Source: a virus | Length of the DNA: 64,000 nucleotides | Strand: one strand, 5' to 3' | Virus record (IMG/VR): IMGVR_UViG_3300027759_000074 | Location: 14,364-78,363 of that record | In this document: positions 44,076-54,347 of the stretch, piece by piece | How the letters are laid out: each line of letters opens with the position of its first letter | How positions within the stretch are numbered: position 1 is the stretch's first letter | Position numbers and translations under genes: made by a program | Notes under the pieces: generated by a model | Databases searched by the model: none | The model's input: the letters and a program-made list of their open reading frames with translations, nothing else | Told to the model about the DNA's origin: nothing

Positions 44076-45367
44076 TGTCCTCACTCATTTTAGGCGGAGA
44101 TACCTCAGGAACCATAACGTTAACAGTGCCAGCTACCGCTGGTACAAATACTATAACGCTTCCAGCGTCTACCGGTACTGCGATTACTACAGCGTCAACA
44201 TCAGGTGTACCTAATACAATCAACTGGACAACAGTACAAACAACGAGTGTAAGCCCAGCGGTAGCAGGTACAGGTTACCCAATGAACACAACAAGCGGTG
44301 CTCTCACCGTGACATTACCAGCAAGCCCAACTGCAGGTAACTTAATTTCTATAGTAGACTACGCAGGAACAGCGGCTACAAATAATATAACGATCAATCC
44401 AAACGGCTTAAAAATAAATGGCGGTACTGCTAATGCTTTAATTTCAGTAAATCGTGAAGCTATTAATTTAGTTTATGTAGATAGTACTCAAGGCTGGTTA
44501 GCTTATGCTGATGTTTATTCTACAACTTCTCCTTTACCTCAACCTTATACAGCTTCTTATTTAGTAGTAGCTGGCGGTGGCGGTGGTGGTTCAAGAGTTG
44601 GTGGAGGTGGAGGTGCTGGGGGTGTAGTATCAGGAACAATAACCTTAAATCCCAATACTGTTTATACTGCTGTGGTAGGTGGAGGTGCAGCAGGTCAGGC
44701 TCAAACACCAGCAGGGAATAAAGGATCAAGCGGATCTAATTCTACATTCCCAGGGGTTACTACTGCTTTAGGCGGAGGTGGTGGTACAGGATTTAATCAA
44801 GGAGCAGCTGTATCAGGAGGTTCTGGTGGCGGTGGTGGTTCAGGTGAAAATGGTTCTACACCAGCACCAGGTGCAGCAGGTACTCCAGGTCAAGGTAATG
44901 GCGGAGGTACTGGTGCAGGTCCATTATGGGCTGCCGGTGGTGGCGGTGGAGCTGGCGCTGTTGGAGGAAACGGAACATCTGGTACAATTGGTGGTGCAGG
45001 TGGTGCAGGGCTAGCTTCCTCTATTACAGGATCCTCAGTAATATATGGTGGCGGCGGCGGAGCTAATGCTGATTCTGCTGGCGGTTTAGGAGGTCCAGGA
45101 ACACCAGGAGTTTCTGGTGGTAACGGCTCACCAGGACCAAGTACACCTCTTGCGGCTGCTAATAATGGAGTTGTTAATACTGGCGGTGGCGGTGGTGGTA
45201 TAGGCACAACTGGACCTAGTACAAGTTCAGGTGGTTCAGGCGTAGTCATACTTTCTGTTCCCACAGCTAATTATTCTGGTACGACAACAGGTTCACCTAC
45301 AATTACAACATCAGGTGCAAACACAATTATTAAATATACATCTGGTTCAGGAACTTACACAGCATAA
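44075..45367 (+). CDS. Gly-rich fibre protein, paralogue 1
   Basis: YLVVAGGG, poly-Gly body, SGVVILSVPT C-terminus. Confidence 0.75.
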   Translation: MSSLILGGDTSGTITLTVPATAGTNTITLPASTGTAITTASTSGVPNTINWTTVQTTSVSPAVAGTGYPMNTTSGALTVTLPASPTAGNLISIVDYAGTAATNNITINPNGLKINGGTANALISVNREAINLVYVDSTQGWLAYADVYSTTSPLPQPYTASYLVVAGGGGGGSRVGGGGGAGGVVSGTITLNPNTVYTAVVGGGAAGQAQTPAGNKGSSGSNSTFPGVTTALGGGGGTGFNQGAAVSGGSGGGGGSGENGSTPAPGAAGTPGQGNGGGTGAGPLWAAGGGGGAGAVGGNGTSGTIGGAGGAGLASSITGSSVIYGGGGGANADSAGGLGGPGTPGVSGGNGSPGPSTPLAAANNGVVNTGGGGGGIGTTGPSTSSGGSGVVILSVPTANYSGTTTGSPTITTSGANTIIKYTSGSGTYTA

Positions 45368-46650
45368 TGGCTTCTTTCATTGTTTACGGTGACGCGTCAG
45401 GTCAGGTTACAGTTAAAGCTCCTGCTGTTGCAGGGACAAACACAATCACGTTCCCAGCTGAAACAGGTACACTTTATACATCAGCGTCAACATCGTACCT
45501 AAATGGTCAAATCGCATGGGACACAACAGTCAAAACAGCAGGGTTCACAGCGGTAGCCTATGGCGGTTATTTTTGTAATACAGCAAATGCAGCGTTTACA
45601 GTAACCCTACCCGCAACACCTTCTCGTGGTCAGTTTGTAGTCATTGTTGACTATGCAGGAACAAGTGCGACTAATAATATAACTGTAAGCCCTAACGGCG
45701 GAAAAATAAATGGACTAACAGGTAATGCGAGTATGAATACAAATAGACAAGGCATTACATTTACCTATATCGATTCAACACAAGGTTGGTTATCTACAAG
45801 CAACGTTTATGGTGGTAATCCTCCTTTTACAAGAGCTTATACTGCTTCTTATTTAGTTGTAGCTGGTGGCGCATCGGGAGGAACAGCAGCTTCTGGACTA
45901 TGGGAAACTGGAGGTGGTGGTGGAGCTGGAGGTTATATAACAGGAACTACATCTTTAAATATTGGAACTGTTTATACAGCTGTAGTAGGTGGCGGTGGAT
46001 CAGCGGTTTCTAGTAGTTCTAGTGGTAACAATGGTAGCAGCAGTCAATTTGATACAGTCTCCGCAACAGGCGGCGGCGGCGGCGGTGGTGGTAATGCCAC
46101 ACCTCGGATTGCAAAATCAGGAGGGTCAGGCGGCGGCGGGTCTGGATATGATTTTAGAGATGGAGGAGCAGGAACACCTGGACAAGGTTTTGCTGGAGGA
46201 AGTGGATATGCAGATGGTGGTGGTGGAAATGCTGGTGGCGGTGGCGGCGGTGGATCTAGTGCTGTAGGTAATAATGCTACAAATGCAAATGGAGCAACAG
46301 GCGGTGCTGGAACAGCATCTTCTATAACTGGAGCTTCAGTAACTTATGCTGGCGGAGGGGGCGGTGCAGGGGGTAACAACTCAGGATCAGGTGGTGCTGG
46401 AGGCTCAGGTGGCGGCGGTGCAGGTGCCGTAGGTGGAACAGCTACTTCAGGTACTGCTAATACAGGAGGTGGTGGCGGAGGTAATTCAAGATCAGGAACT
46501 AGCGGCGCTGGTGGATCAGGCGTTGTTATTATAAGCGTTCCCACTGCATCATATTCAGGTACAACTACAGGAAGCCCTACAATAACTACATCAGGAAGTA
46601 ATACTATAATTAAATGGACTACCGCAGGTAGTGGAACTTACACAGCATAG
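45367..46650 (+). CDS. Gly-rich fibre protein, paralogue 2
   Basis: Same architecture as paralogue 1. Confidence 0.75.
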   Translation: MASFIVYGDASGQVTVKAPAVAGTNTITFPAETGTLYTSASTSYLNGQIAWDTTVKTAGFTAVAYGGYFCNTANAAFTVTLPATPSRGQFVVIVDYAGTSATNNITVSPNGGKINGLTGNASMNTNRQGITFTYIDSTQGWLSTSNVYGGNPPFTRAYTASYLVVAGGASGGTAASGLWETGGGGGAGGYITGTTSLNIGTVYTAVVGGGGSAVSSSSSGNNGSSSQFDTVSATGGGGGGGGNATPRIAKSGGSGGGGSGYDFRDGGAGTPGQGFAGGSGYADGGGGNAGGGGGGGSSAVGNNATNANGATGGAGTASSITGASVTYAGGGGGAGGNNSGSGGAGGSGGGGAGAVGGTATSGTANTGGGGGGNSRSGTSGAGGSGVVIISVPTASYSGTTTGSPTITTSGSNTIIKWTTAGSGTYTA

Positions 46651-46658
46651 GATATAAT

Positions 46659-46949
46659 ATGGCTAAAATGACTATAGAAGAACTTATAAAAGAATTTAGT
46701 AACGAACAAGGTTTTCAATTTGGTATTGACATTGTGATGAAGTCATTAAGACCAGGTGCACTTTACGGCTTATCAGCCTCTGGAGGTACTTTTGAAATCG
46801 TATCGTGGGATGAATCAAACACAGAACCAGCGCCGTCATCACAAGAAATACGAGATGAATATATTCGTCACCAAACCATTAAAGAATTTATAGAGTTTAT
46901 GGAACAAGCAAAGCTAAATAAAAAATCAAGAGTTAGGAAAACTGCTTAA
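46659..46949 (+). CDS. Small fibre-associated protein (XkdW-like/chaperone)
   Basis: SLRPGA...W...P.PSSQEI pattern; position within the fibre array. Confidence 0.55.
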   Translation: MAKMTIEELIKEFSNEQGFQFGIDIVMKSLRPGALYGLSASGGTFEIVSWDESNTEPAPSSQEIRDEYIRHQTIKEFIEFMEQAKLNKKSRVRKTA

Positions 46950-48067
46950 TGGCTATTGTAATAGACTCGCTTAAAGGTATTACCCAAGCTGGCTGGACTA
47001 CAGCAGGTCGCCCTGCCACACCTAGTGCTGGACAAGTAGGCTTTAATACATCGTTAAATGCGTTTGAACAATATAATGGTACAGGCTGGGCTACAATCTC
47101 ATCATGGACAACAGCAAATAGACCTGTCACACCCGTAGCTGGATTTAGTGGATTTAACACTACACTTTTAGCTTTTGAATTTTACAATGGAAGTACTTGG
47201 ATTGGAGTTGATTCTAGTATCCTTGCTCCTGTTACTGCTAGTTATTTAGTTGTAGCCGGTGGTGCTGCTGGTGGATCAGGTGACTCAGCAACTAGTGGCG
47301 CATTTAGATCTGGCGGCGGCGGTGGCGCGGGAGGATATTTAACTGGTACTACATCTTTAACTATAGGAGTTGTTTATACAGCTGTAGTAGGTGGCGGCGG
47401 TGCTGCAGGAACAACTGGTGGAAATGGAAACGTAGGAACAGCCTCTACAATTAGTGGATCAGGTTTTACTACAATAACAGCATCTGGCGGTGGATACGGC
47501 GGTGGATATGCAAATGCTGGAGGATCTGGTGGGTCTGGCGGCGGTGGTGGAGGTAATAATCAATCGGGAGCAGCTGGAACCCCGGGACAAGGAAATTCGG
47601 GTAGTAATGGGGCTAATCCAGGCGGAGGAGCTGGTGGAGGTGGTGGAGGTGGATCTGCATCTGCTGGAGTAACCCCTGGTACTGTTGGTAACGGAGGTAA
47701 TGCCACTGCTAACTCTATTACAGGAACCCCTGCTTTTTATGCTGGTGGTGGTGGTGGTGGCGCGGGAGCAGCTCCTAGTACTCCAGGTTTAGGCGGTCCA
47801 GGTACTCCAGGTGTTTCAGGCGGTAATGGACCAGGCAATGCTGACGGAACTGCTGGAATTGCAAATACAGGTGGCGGTGGAGGAGGCGGATGTACTTACT
47901 TCCCTGCATTAAAAGTTGGAGGTGCCGGCGGTTCTGGTGTAGTTATTCTTTCAGTACCAACATCCAAATATACAGGCACTACTACAGGCAGCCCAACAGT
48001 AACAACTAGTGGAGCAAATACGATTATTAAATGGACCACTGCTGGTTCAGGAACTTACACAGCTTAA
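46949..48067 (+). CDS. Gly-rich fibre protein, paralogue 3
   Basis: Duplicated WTTA.RP..P..G..GFNT N-terminal unit plus Gly-rich domain. Confidence 0.75.
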   Translation: MAIVIDSLKGITQAGWTTAGRPATPSAGQVGFNTSLNAFEQYNGTGWATISSWTTANRPVTPVAGFSGFNTTLLAFEFYNGSTWIGVDSSILAPVTASYLVVAGGAAGGSGDSATSGAFRSGGGGGAGGYLTGTTSLTIGVVYTAVVGGGGAAGTTGGNGNVGTASTISGSGFTTITASGGGYGGGYANAGGSGGSGGGGGGNNQSGAAGTPGQGNSGSNGANPGGGAGGGGGGGSASAGVTPGTVGNGGNATANSITGTPAFYAGGGGGGAGAAPSTPGLGGPGTPGVSGGNGPGNADGTAGIANTGGGGGGGCTYFPALKVGGAGGSGVVILSVPTSKYTGTTTGSPTVTTSGANTIIKWTTAGSGTYTA

Positions 48068-48076
48068 GGTTAATAA

Positions 48077-49108
48077 ATGCCAATAATATTAAATGGAACA
48101 AACGGTATAACTAATGCATCATGGACAACTGCAACTCGTCCAACTTCACCTGCAACAGGTCAAACAGGGTGGAATACTACACTTAATTCTTACGAAACAT
48201 ATAATGGTACTGCATGGTCACCGACAGGATCATGGACGACTGCAACAAGACCTTCTAGTCCAGCTTCTGGATACTCAGGATATAATTCAACAACTAGTGG
48301 ATTTGAATTTTATAATGGAAGTACTTGGATCACTATTACTAATTCAAAGCTCACATACTCCGCGTCTTATTTAATAGTTGCTGGTGGTGGTGGTGGTGCT
48401 AAAGATTTAGGTGGCGGTGGCGGTGCTGGTGGTTTATTGGCTGGAACAACTTCTATATCTCCTGGAACTGTTTATACAGCTGTAGTGGGTGCTGGTGGAG
48501 CAGGGGGAACATCAGGAGGGGGAACAGCTGGATCGCAATCAACATTTACTGGTATTACAACCGCGGTAGGTGGCGGTAATGGAGGCTCTGGAAATGGTGG
48601 TTCTGGGGGTGGTGTTAGAGGAACAGGTCCTGCAGGGTCAGGTACTCCTGGGCAAGGAAATAATGGTGCCAATTCAACTGTAAATGAAGCTGGAGGTGGT
48701 GGTGGCGGAGCTGGAGCGGCTGGAACACAAGCTTCACCTTCACAAAATGGAAATGGTGGAAATGGCTCAGCTTCAAGTATTACTGGAACCCCAGCTACTT
48801 ACGCAGGGGGAGGCGGGGGAGGCGGTGGGTATCCTTCTAGTTCATCACCAGGAAGTGGAACAGGTGGTACCGGTGGTGGCGCAAACGGAGGAAATCCTGG
48901 TCAGAGCAGTCCTGCAAATACTGGAGGTGGAGGTGGTGGTGGAACAGTATCTTCTAATGGCGGTGCTGGTGGTTCTGGTGTAGTTATACTTTCTGTTCCC
49001 ACAGCTAATTACTCTGGCACAACAACAGGTTCACCTACAATTACTACATCAGGTTCTAATACGATTATTAAGTGGACCACTGCGGGTTCAGGTACATATA
49101 CGGGATAG
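48077..49108 (+). CDS. Gly-rich fibre protein, paralogue 4
   Basis: Same architecture as paralogue 3. Confidence 0.75.
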   Translation: MPIILNGTNGITNASWTTATRPTSPATGQTGWNTTLNSYETYNGTAWSPTGSWTTATRPSSPASGYSGYNSTTSGFEFYNGSTWITITNSKLTYSASYLIVAGGGGGAKDLGGGGGAGGLLAGTTSISPGTVYTAVVGAGGAGGTSGGGTAGSQSTFTGITTAVGGGNGGSGNGGSGGGVRGTGPAGSGTPGQGNNGANSTVNEAGGGGGGAGAAGTQASPSQNGNGGNGSASSITGTPATYAGGGGGGGGYPSSSSPGSGTGGTGGGANGGNPGQSSPANTGGGGGGGTVSSNGGAGGSGVVILSVPTANYSGTTTGSPTITTSGSNTIIKWTTAGSGTYTG

Positions 49109-49119
49109 GGATTATATAA

Positions 49120-50226
49120 ATGTCAATAGTATTTAATGGAACTTCAGGAATTAACAATGTAACTTGGACAACTACAAGTCGTCCAACTTCACCTGCAACA
49201 GGTCAAACTGGCTATAACACAGCCCTTAATTCTTACGAAACATATAATGGCACTGCCTGGACAACTACAGGATCATGGACAACTGCAAACAGACCTGCGA
49301 GCCCTTCACAAGGTTATTCAGGTTATAATACATCATTAAATGCATTTGAATTTTATAATGGTACCTCATGGATAAGTATAAATTCTAATTACTCTAGTTA
49401 TACCGCCTCTTATTTAGTAGTAGCTGCTGGTGCAGGTGGTGGTGGATCACATGGCGGTGGCGGTGGTGGTGCGGGAGGATTTTTAACAGGTACACAGACG
49501 CTAACTTCAGGCACTTCATATAGCATAACAGTAGGCGGGGGCGGTGCTGGTGCTGGTCCAGTAGGAGGATCTGCAGGGGCTAATGGTAGCAACTCCGTCT
49601 TTAGTGCTATTACAGCTACAGGTGGCGGAGGTGGAGGCTCAGAAGGTTATGCCTCAAATCCTGGAGGTTCTGGGGGCGGAGGTAGCGGACAACCAAATGG
49701 TAATCCAGGTGGCAATGCCGGTAGCGCTGGAACTCCTGGTCAGGGTAACACTGGTGCAGCAGGTAACAGTGGTGGTGGTGGCTATGGTTCAGGTGGGGGT
49801 GGTGGCGGTGCAAGTGCTGCTGGCACTGCTGGAGTACCTGGTGACCCTAGTAATGGCGGTGCTGGGGGTAATGGTACTGCATCATCAATTACTGGTACTC
49901 CTGCAACTTATGCTGGCGGTGGAGGTGGAGGTTCATGGAACGCAACAGGTGGAACTGGAGGCTCTGGAGGAGGCGCTAATGGAGCAAATGGTCCACAGGG
50001 TACAGCACCATCAGCAACAGCTAATACTGGCGGTGGCGGTGGCGGTTCTCGCGCAAATGGAAGTCCTAGTAGAGGCGGAGGCGCAGGGGGTTCAGGTGTA
50101 GTTATTCTATCCGTACCAACTGCAAACTATACTGGTACAACTACAGGTTCGCCAACAGTGACAACATCAGGAAGTAATACTATAATTACGTTTGCTACCA
50201 CAGGTTCAGGTACATACACAGCTTAA
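49120..50226 (+). CDS. Gly-rich fibre protein, paralogue 5
   Basis: Same architecture as paralogue 3. Confidence 0.75.
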   Translation: MSIVFNGTSGINNVTWTTTSRPTSPATGQTGYNTALNSYETYNGTAWTTTGSWTTANRPASPSQGYSGYNTSLNAFEFYNGTSWISINSNYSSYTASYLVVAAGAGGGGSHGGGGGGAGGFLTGTQTLTSGTSYSITVGGGGAGAGPVGGSAGANGSNSVFSAITATGGGGGGSEGYASNPGGSGGGGSGQPNGNPGGNAGSAGTPGQGNTGAAGNSGGGGYGSGGGGGGASAAGTAGVPGDPSNGGAGGNGTASSITGTPATYAGGGGGGSWNATGGTGGSGGGANGANGPQGTAPSATANTGGGGGGSRANGSPSRGGGAGGSGVVILSVPTANYTGTTTGSPTVTTSGSNTIITFATTGSGTYTA

Positions 50227-50250
50227 CAATTTTTTAACAAGGAGAAACAA

Positions 50251-50604
50251 ATGTCACATTTTGCAAAAGTAACAGACGGTAAGGTAACGCAAGTTATCGT
50301 TGCTGAAAAAGAATTCTTTGATACCTACGTAGATTCTACACCAGGTGAATGGATTCAAACATCGTACAACACTCAAGGCGGCGTTCACAAATTAGGTGGT
50401 ACACCATTACGTGGTAACTACGCTGGTATTGGTTATACTTATGACCGTACTAACGACGTTTTTTATCCTGCACAACCATTTCCTAGCTGGAAAATCTCAG
50501 CACCTAATTGGACTTGGGAAGCTCCTGTAGCAATGCCTACAGATGACAAACGTTATACATGGGATGAAGCAACAACATCTTGGGTTGAAGCACCAGCTCT
50601 ATAA
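50251..50604 (+). CDS. Fibre-associated protein (possible tip or assembly chaperone)
   Basis: MSHFAKV, WIQTSYN, RGNYAGIGYTYD and Y.WDE...W. Confidence 0.65.
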   Translation: MSHFAKVTDGKVTQVIVAEKEFFDTYVDSTPGEWIQTSYNTQGGVHKLGGTPLRGNYAGIGYTYDRTNDVFYPAQPFPSWKISAPNWTWEAPVAMPTDDKRYTWDEATTSWVEAPAL

Positions 50605-50617
50605 TTAGGGGTACACC

Positions 50618-50890
50618 ATGAATATGGAAAAAATAACGAGCATGTTATTCCCAGTGATAGTCTCGGCTATTGCTTGGTTACTTACTTCAATGACTACTAT
50701 TCAGGCAGACTTAATTACTATTAAATCTAAAATGCCTAATCTTATTACAGAACAAGGTGTACCTACTGATAGCCCTATATCAGCTGAAGCTAGAGCAAGA
50801 CTTAAAGAAGAACTTAAAGGTCAAATAGCAGAACTATCTATTCGTATTAGGTTATTAGAAGAACATGAAAAATCAAAAGGATTTAAATAA
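50618..50890 (+). CDS. TM plus coiled-coil protein of the lysis region
   Basis: N-terminal hydrophobic helix. Confidence 0.55.
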   Translation: MNMEKITSMLFPVIVSAIAWLLTSMTTIQADLITIKSKMPNLITEQGVPTDSPISAEARARLKEELKGQIAELSIRIRLLEEHEKSKGFK

Positions 50891-51375
50891 TGTTTAGCAT
50901 CCTCTCATCCATACTAGGTTTTGCTACTGCAGGTTTACCTAGCATACTAGGGTTCTTTCAACAAAAAGGAGACCAATCACATGAACGTGAAATGGCTAAG
51001 TTGCAAAATGAACAAGCTCTACTTATGGCTCAAAAAGGTTTTCAATCTCAAGAAAAAATAGCAGCTATTGAATTGGAGGGTACTTATGCAGAAACATTCG
51101 CACAAGAACGTCAAGCACTATATGAACACGATGCAAAACTGGTTCACGATGCAGCACCCTGGGTTAGAACTCTTAACGCAAGTGTCCGCCCTATTGTTGC
51201 TTTCACTTTTGTAGCATTACTTTTATTTGTAGATATTGGTGGCTTTATTTGGGCTATTAAATCTGCAGGCTTTAGTCGTGAGTCTATGGACATTATATTT
51301 TCTGATGATGAGATGGCTATTGTAGGTTCTATTATTGGTTTCTACTTTGGTGCTAGGACTTGGGAAAAGAAATAA
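50890..51375 (+). CDS. Probable holin (3TM, GTA-holin-like)
   Basis: SVRPIVAF and IIGFYFGAR; immediately precedes the lysozyme gene. Confidence 0.7.
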   Translation: MFSILSSILGFATAGLPSILGFFQQKGDQSHEREMAKLQNEQALLMAQKGFQSQEKIAAIELEGTYAETFAQERQALYEHDAKLVHDAAPWVRTLNASVRPIVAFTFVALLLFVDIGGFIWAIKSAGFSRESMDIIFSDDEMAIVGSIIGFYFGARTWEKK

Positions 51376-51825
51376 GTGAATGTATCAAAAGCTGGCATCG
51401 CTCTTATCAAACATCACGAGGGTGTGCGTAGTCGTCCCTATCGTTGTCCTGCAAACTTGTGGACTGTTGGTGTTGGTCATCTTATCGGGGATGGCAAATT
51501 GTTGCCTGATTCTTGGAACAGAACTTTTACGGAAGTTGAAATAGATGGACTTCTTAAATCCGACTTACGTCGCTTCGAGCTGGGAATATCTAAGATGTTA
51601 CCTAACGTGCCTCTTAGACAATGTGAATTTGATTGCCTTGTATCTTTTGCCTTTAACCTTGGCTTGGGTACATTTCAGCGATCAACACTCCGTCAAGCGC
51701 TTCTACGCGGCGATAAAAAGACGGCTATGGAATCGTTAGTTAAATATTGTCGCGCAGGTGGTAAAATACTCAAAGGTCTACAAACTCGTAGGCTAGATGA
51801 GAAAGCACTCTTTGAAAGTAAATAA
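51376..51825 (+). CDS. Endolysin, GH24 lysozyme
   Basis: LIKHHEG..YRCPA..WTVGVGH, FDCLVSFAFNLG and GL..RR..E. Confidence 0.92.
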   Translation: MNVSKAGIALIKHHEGVRSRPYRCPANLWTVGVGHLIGDGKLLPDSWNRTFTEVEIDGLLKSDLRRFELGISKMLPNVPLRQCEFDCLVSFAFNLGLGTFQRSTLRQALLRGDKKTAMESLVKYCRAGGKILKGLQTRRLDEKALFESK

Positions 51826-53786
51826 TGCCATTAAGTAAACTAGTCTTTAAACCAGGAGTTAACCGAGATCAAACTGATTATGCCTCAGAAGGCGGTTGGT
51901 ATGAGATGGATAAAGTTCGCTTCCGTTCAGGCTTTCCTGAAAAGCTTGGTGGCTGGACTGTAAAGACTTTTGAATCTTATGTAGGATCTGCTCGCAGTTT
52001 ATTTACATGGACTACTTATGATGGTAGCCGTTTGGTAGCAGTAGGTACTAATGAAAAAATATATATTAATTCTGGTACTGAACTCTACGATATTACTCCG
52101 TTAAGAGTTACATACACTCATTCAACAAGTCCTTCAAGTGACGATTGTTTTGCAACAACAGCGGGTTCTAACTTAGTTGAAATCTTAAATATTACTACCG
52201 GTATTGACGACGGTGAATGGGTTACATTTAGTGGTGTCACTAATCCTATAGGCGGTGTACCCGCAGCAGACTTTAATAACGAATTCCAAATAACTTTAAT
52301 AGGTGGAACTCCATTTATTACTGTAGCTACAACTGCATCATCTACTGCCGTATCATCAGGTAATACAAACATTACCGCTGAGTTCCAAATTAATATTGGT
52401 TATGCTAACACGACTTTAGGTTATGGTTGGGGTGCAGGGGGTTGGTCTCGTGGTGCTTGGGGTTCAGGTTCTACTATCCCTATTAACTTCTTTGCTAGAC
52501 AAGAATTCTTTGATAACTTTAATGAAGATTTAGTATTTAACATTATTGGTTCTGATCTTTATTACTGGGCTTACGATCCTTCATTTACAACTCGCGCTGT
52601 TTTACTAAGTTCTATCGGAGGCGCTGTTGCCGTTCCTCAACAAGTTACTTATTCTTTATTTGCGTCATCAGGTCACTACGTGGCACTTGGTTGTACTAAT
52701 TATGATGCAGCGGGTTCAGGTCCAGATTACTTAGGTACTTATGATGCACTACTTATTCGTTGGGCTAACGTGGATGCAACTATTGGTCCAGAACCTGAAA
52801 ACTGGAAACCTGAAGTCACTAATACCGCTGGGTTCTTAAGAATACAATCAGGCTCACGTATTATTTCTGCAATTAATTCAAGACAAGAGATGTTAATCTT
52901 TACTGATACATCTGTAACTTCTATGCAGTTCTTAGGTACGGCTGAAGTATTTGGCTTACAAGAGTTATCACATAACATATCGATTGCAGGTCCTAATGCT
53001 GTGACAGGTATTAACAACGTCGTTTACTGGATGGGACGAGATAAGTTCTATACATACTCTGGTCGTGTTGATACATTACCTTGTACTATACGTCAGTACA
53101 TATTTGCCGACATTAATAATCAGCAACAACAAATATTCTTTGCAGGTACTAATAACCAGTTTAATGAAATCATTTGGTTCTATTGTTCAGCAGCATCTAA
53201 TGAGATTGATCGATATGTTATTTATAACTATTCAGAAAGTATTTGGTATTATGGTGATTTAAGTAGAACCGCTTGGATTGATTCAGGTGACTTCACTAAT
53301 CCTCTTGCTGTAGCTCATGATCTAATTGGCGATGGCTGGGTATACAATCATGAAACAGGTGTAGATGATGGTCAACCTTTAGGGGCTCCTCCATTACCAA
53401 TAGCCGCTCATATTCAGTCTGCCACTGTGGATATTGATGACGGTGATAAATATATGTTAGTACGTCGTATTATTCCAGACATTAACTTTTCACAATCTCA
53501 ACAAACTAATCCTGTCACAGGGGCTATTAATACTATTCAAGCTACAATTACTGTAGGCGTTCAAAACTTCCCAGGTGCTGCATCAGCTACTACAAATGCA
53601 TCGGGTGTTACAACCGCTCGTAACATAGTCACTTCAACAGCCACAGTGGATCAATATACAAACCAAGTATTTGTAAGATGTCGTGGTCGTCAGATGAGCT
53701 TTAGAATTGAATCAAACGATGTGGGAACTCAGTGGCAACTTGGTATGCCTAGAGTTGATGCGCGTCCAGACGGAATGAGGAACTAA
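51825..53786 (+). CDS. Tail nozzle/DNA-stabilisation protein (P22 gp10-like)
   Basis: Beta-propeller-like; YWMGRDKFY, EIIWFY and RGRQMSFRIES. Confidence 0.7.
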   Translation: MPLSKLVFKPGVNRDQTDYASEGGWYEMDKVRFRSGFPEKLGGWTVKTFESYVGSARSLFTWTTYDGSRLVAVGTNEKIYINSGTELYDITPLRVTYTHSTSPSSDDCFATTAGSNLVEILNITTGIDDGEWVTFSGVTNPIGGVPAADFNNEFQITLIGGTPFITVATTASSTAVSSGNTNITAEFQINIGYANTTLGYGWGAGGWSRGAWGSGSTIPINFFARQEFFDNFNEDLVFNIIGSDLYYWAYDPSFTTRAVLLSSIGGAVAVPQQVTYSLFASSGHYVALGCTNYDAAGSGPDYLGTYDALLIRWANVDATIGPEPENWKPEVTNTAGFLRIQSGSRIISAINSRQEMLIFTDTSVTSMQFLGTAEVFGLQELSHNISIAGPNAVTGINNVVYWMGRDKFYTYSGRVDTLPCTIRQYIFADINNQQQQIFFAGTNNQFNEIIWFYCSAASNEIDRYVIYNYSESIWYYGDLSRTAWIDSGDFTNPLAVAHDLIGDGWVYNHETGVDDGQPLGAPPLPIAAHIQSATVDIDDGDKYMLVRRIIPDINFSQSQQTNPVTGAINTIQATITVGVQNFPGAASATTNASGVTTARNIVTSTATVDQYTNQVFVRCRGRQMSFRIESNDVGTQWQLGMPRVDARPDGMRN

Positions 53787-53787
53787 T

Positions 53788-53973
53788 ATGGCAAATTATA
53801 TTACCACTGTAAAAGCACCTGCGTTAGCGTTAACCCCTACACAGTTTTCTCAAATACACTTTGACTTATATAATGCTCAACTTCGTGTTTACTTTAATAC
53901 AGTCGATGCAGCTAATGCACAAACACAACAAGCAGTTAACAGTCTTAATACTATGATTTGGTTAGGATTATAA
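53788..53973 (+). CDS. Small tail protein
   Basis: QLRVYFN helix; position after the nozzle gene. Confidence 0.55.
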   Translation: MANYITTVKAPALALTPTQFSQIHFDLYNAQLRVYFNTVDAANAQTQQAVNSLNTMIWLGL

Positions 53974-54309
53974 ATGGCATATCAAAATATAACAGGCATA
54001 CAATTAGGTCAAGCTGAAATTACAACGGGGTATACTACTATTTATACTACGCCTGCAACTTCAAGAACCTATGTCAAAGACATTAATATATGTAATACCA
54101 CCGGAATATCTTGCACTGTAACTGTTTGTTTAGTACCTAGCTTAGATTCAGCAGGACCAGAAAATGCGTTAATATATAACTTAACACTCTTTGGTAGTGA
54201 CTTATATAGATGGCAAGGTGTTCAAATTATGAATGCTGGAGATACCATACAAGTTAAAGCTTCTGCAACCGGTGCTACAATTACCATTTCTGGTGGTGAA
54301 GCTGTATAA
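53974..54309 (+). CDS. Small beta-sandwich tail protein
   Basis: IYTTPA..INICN..GDTIQV. Confidence 0.6.
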   Translation: MAYQNITGIQLGQAEITTGYTTIYTTPATSRTYVKDINICNTTGISCTVTVCLVPSLDSAGPENALIYNLTLFGSDLYRWQGVQIMNAGDTIQVKASATGATITISGGEAV

Positions 54310-54347
54310 ATCATGTTAATATTACACTATCTTAAAAAGGACTTTTT

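Noticed and set aside
44520-50101. Pro-rich antisense and Val-rich alternate-frame ORFs
   Set aside because: Shadows of GGN-rich codons in the Gly-rich genes.
44075-50226. Diversity-generating retroelement (TR/VR pairs)
   Set aside because: No reverse transcriptase, and differences between repeated 3' ends are mostly synonymous and not adenine-specific.
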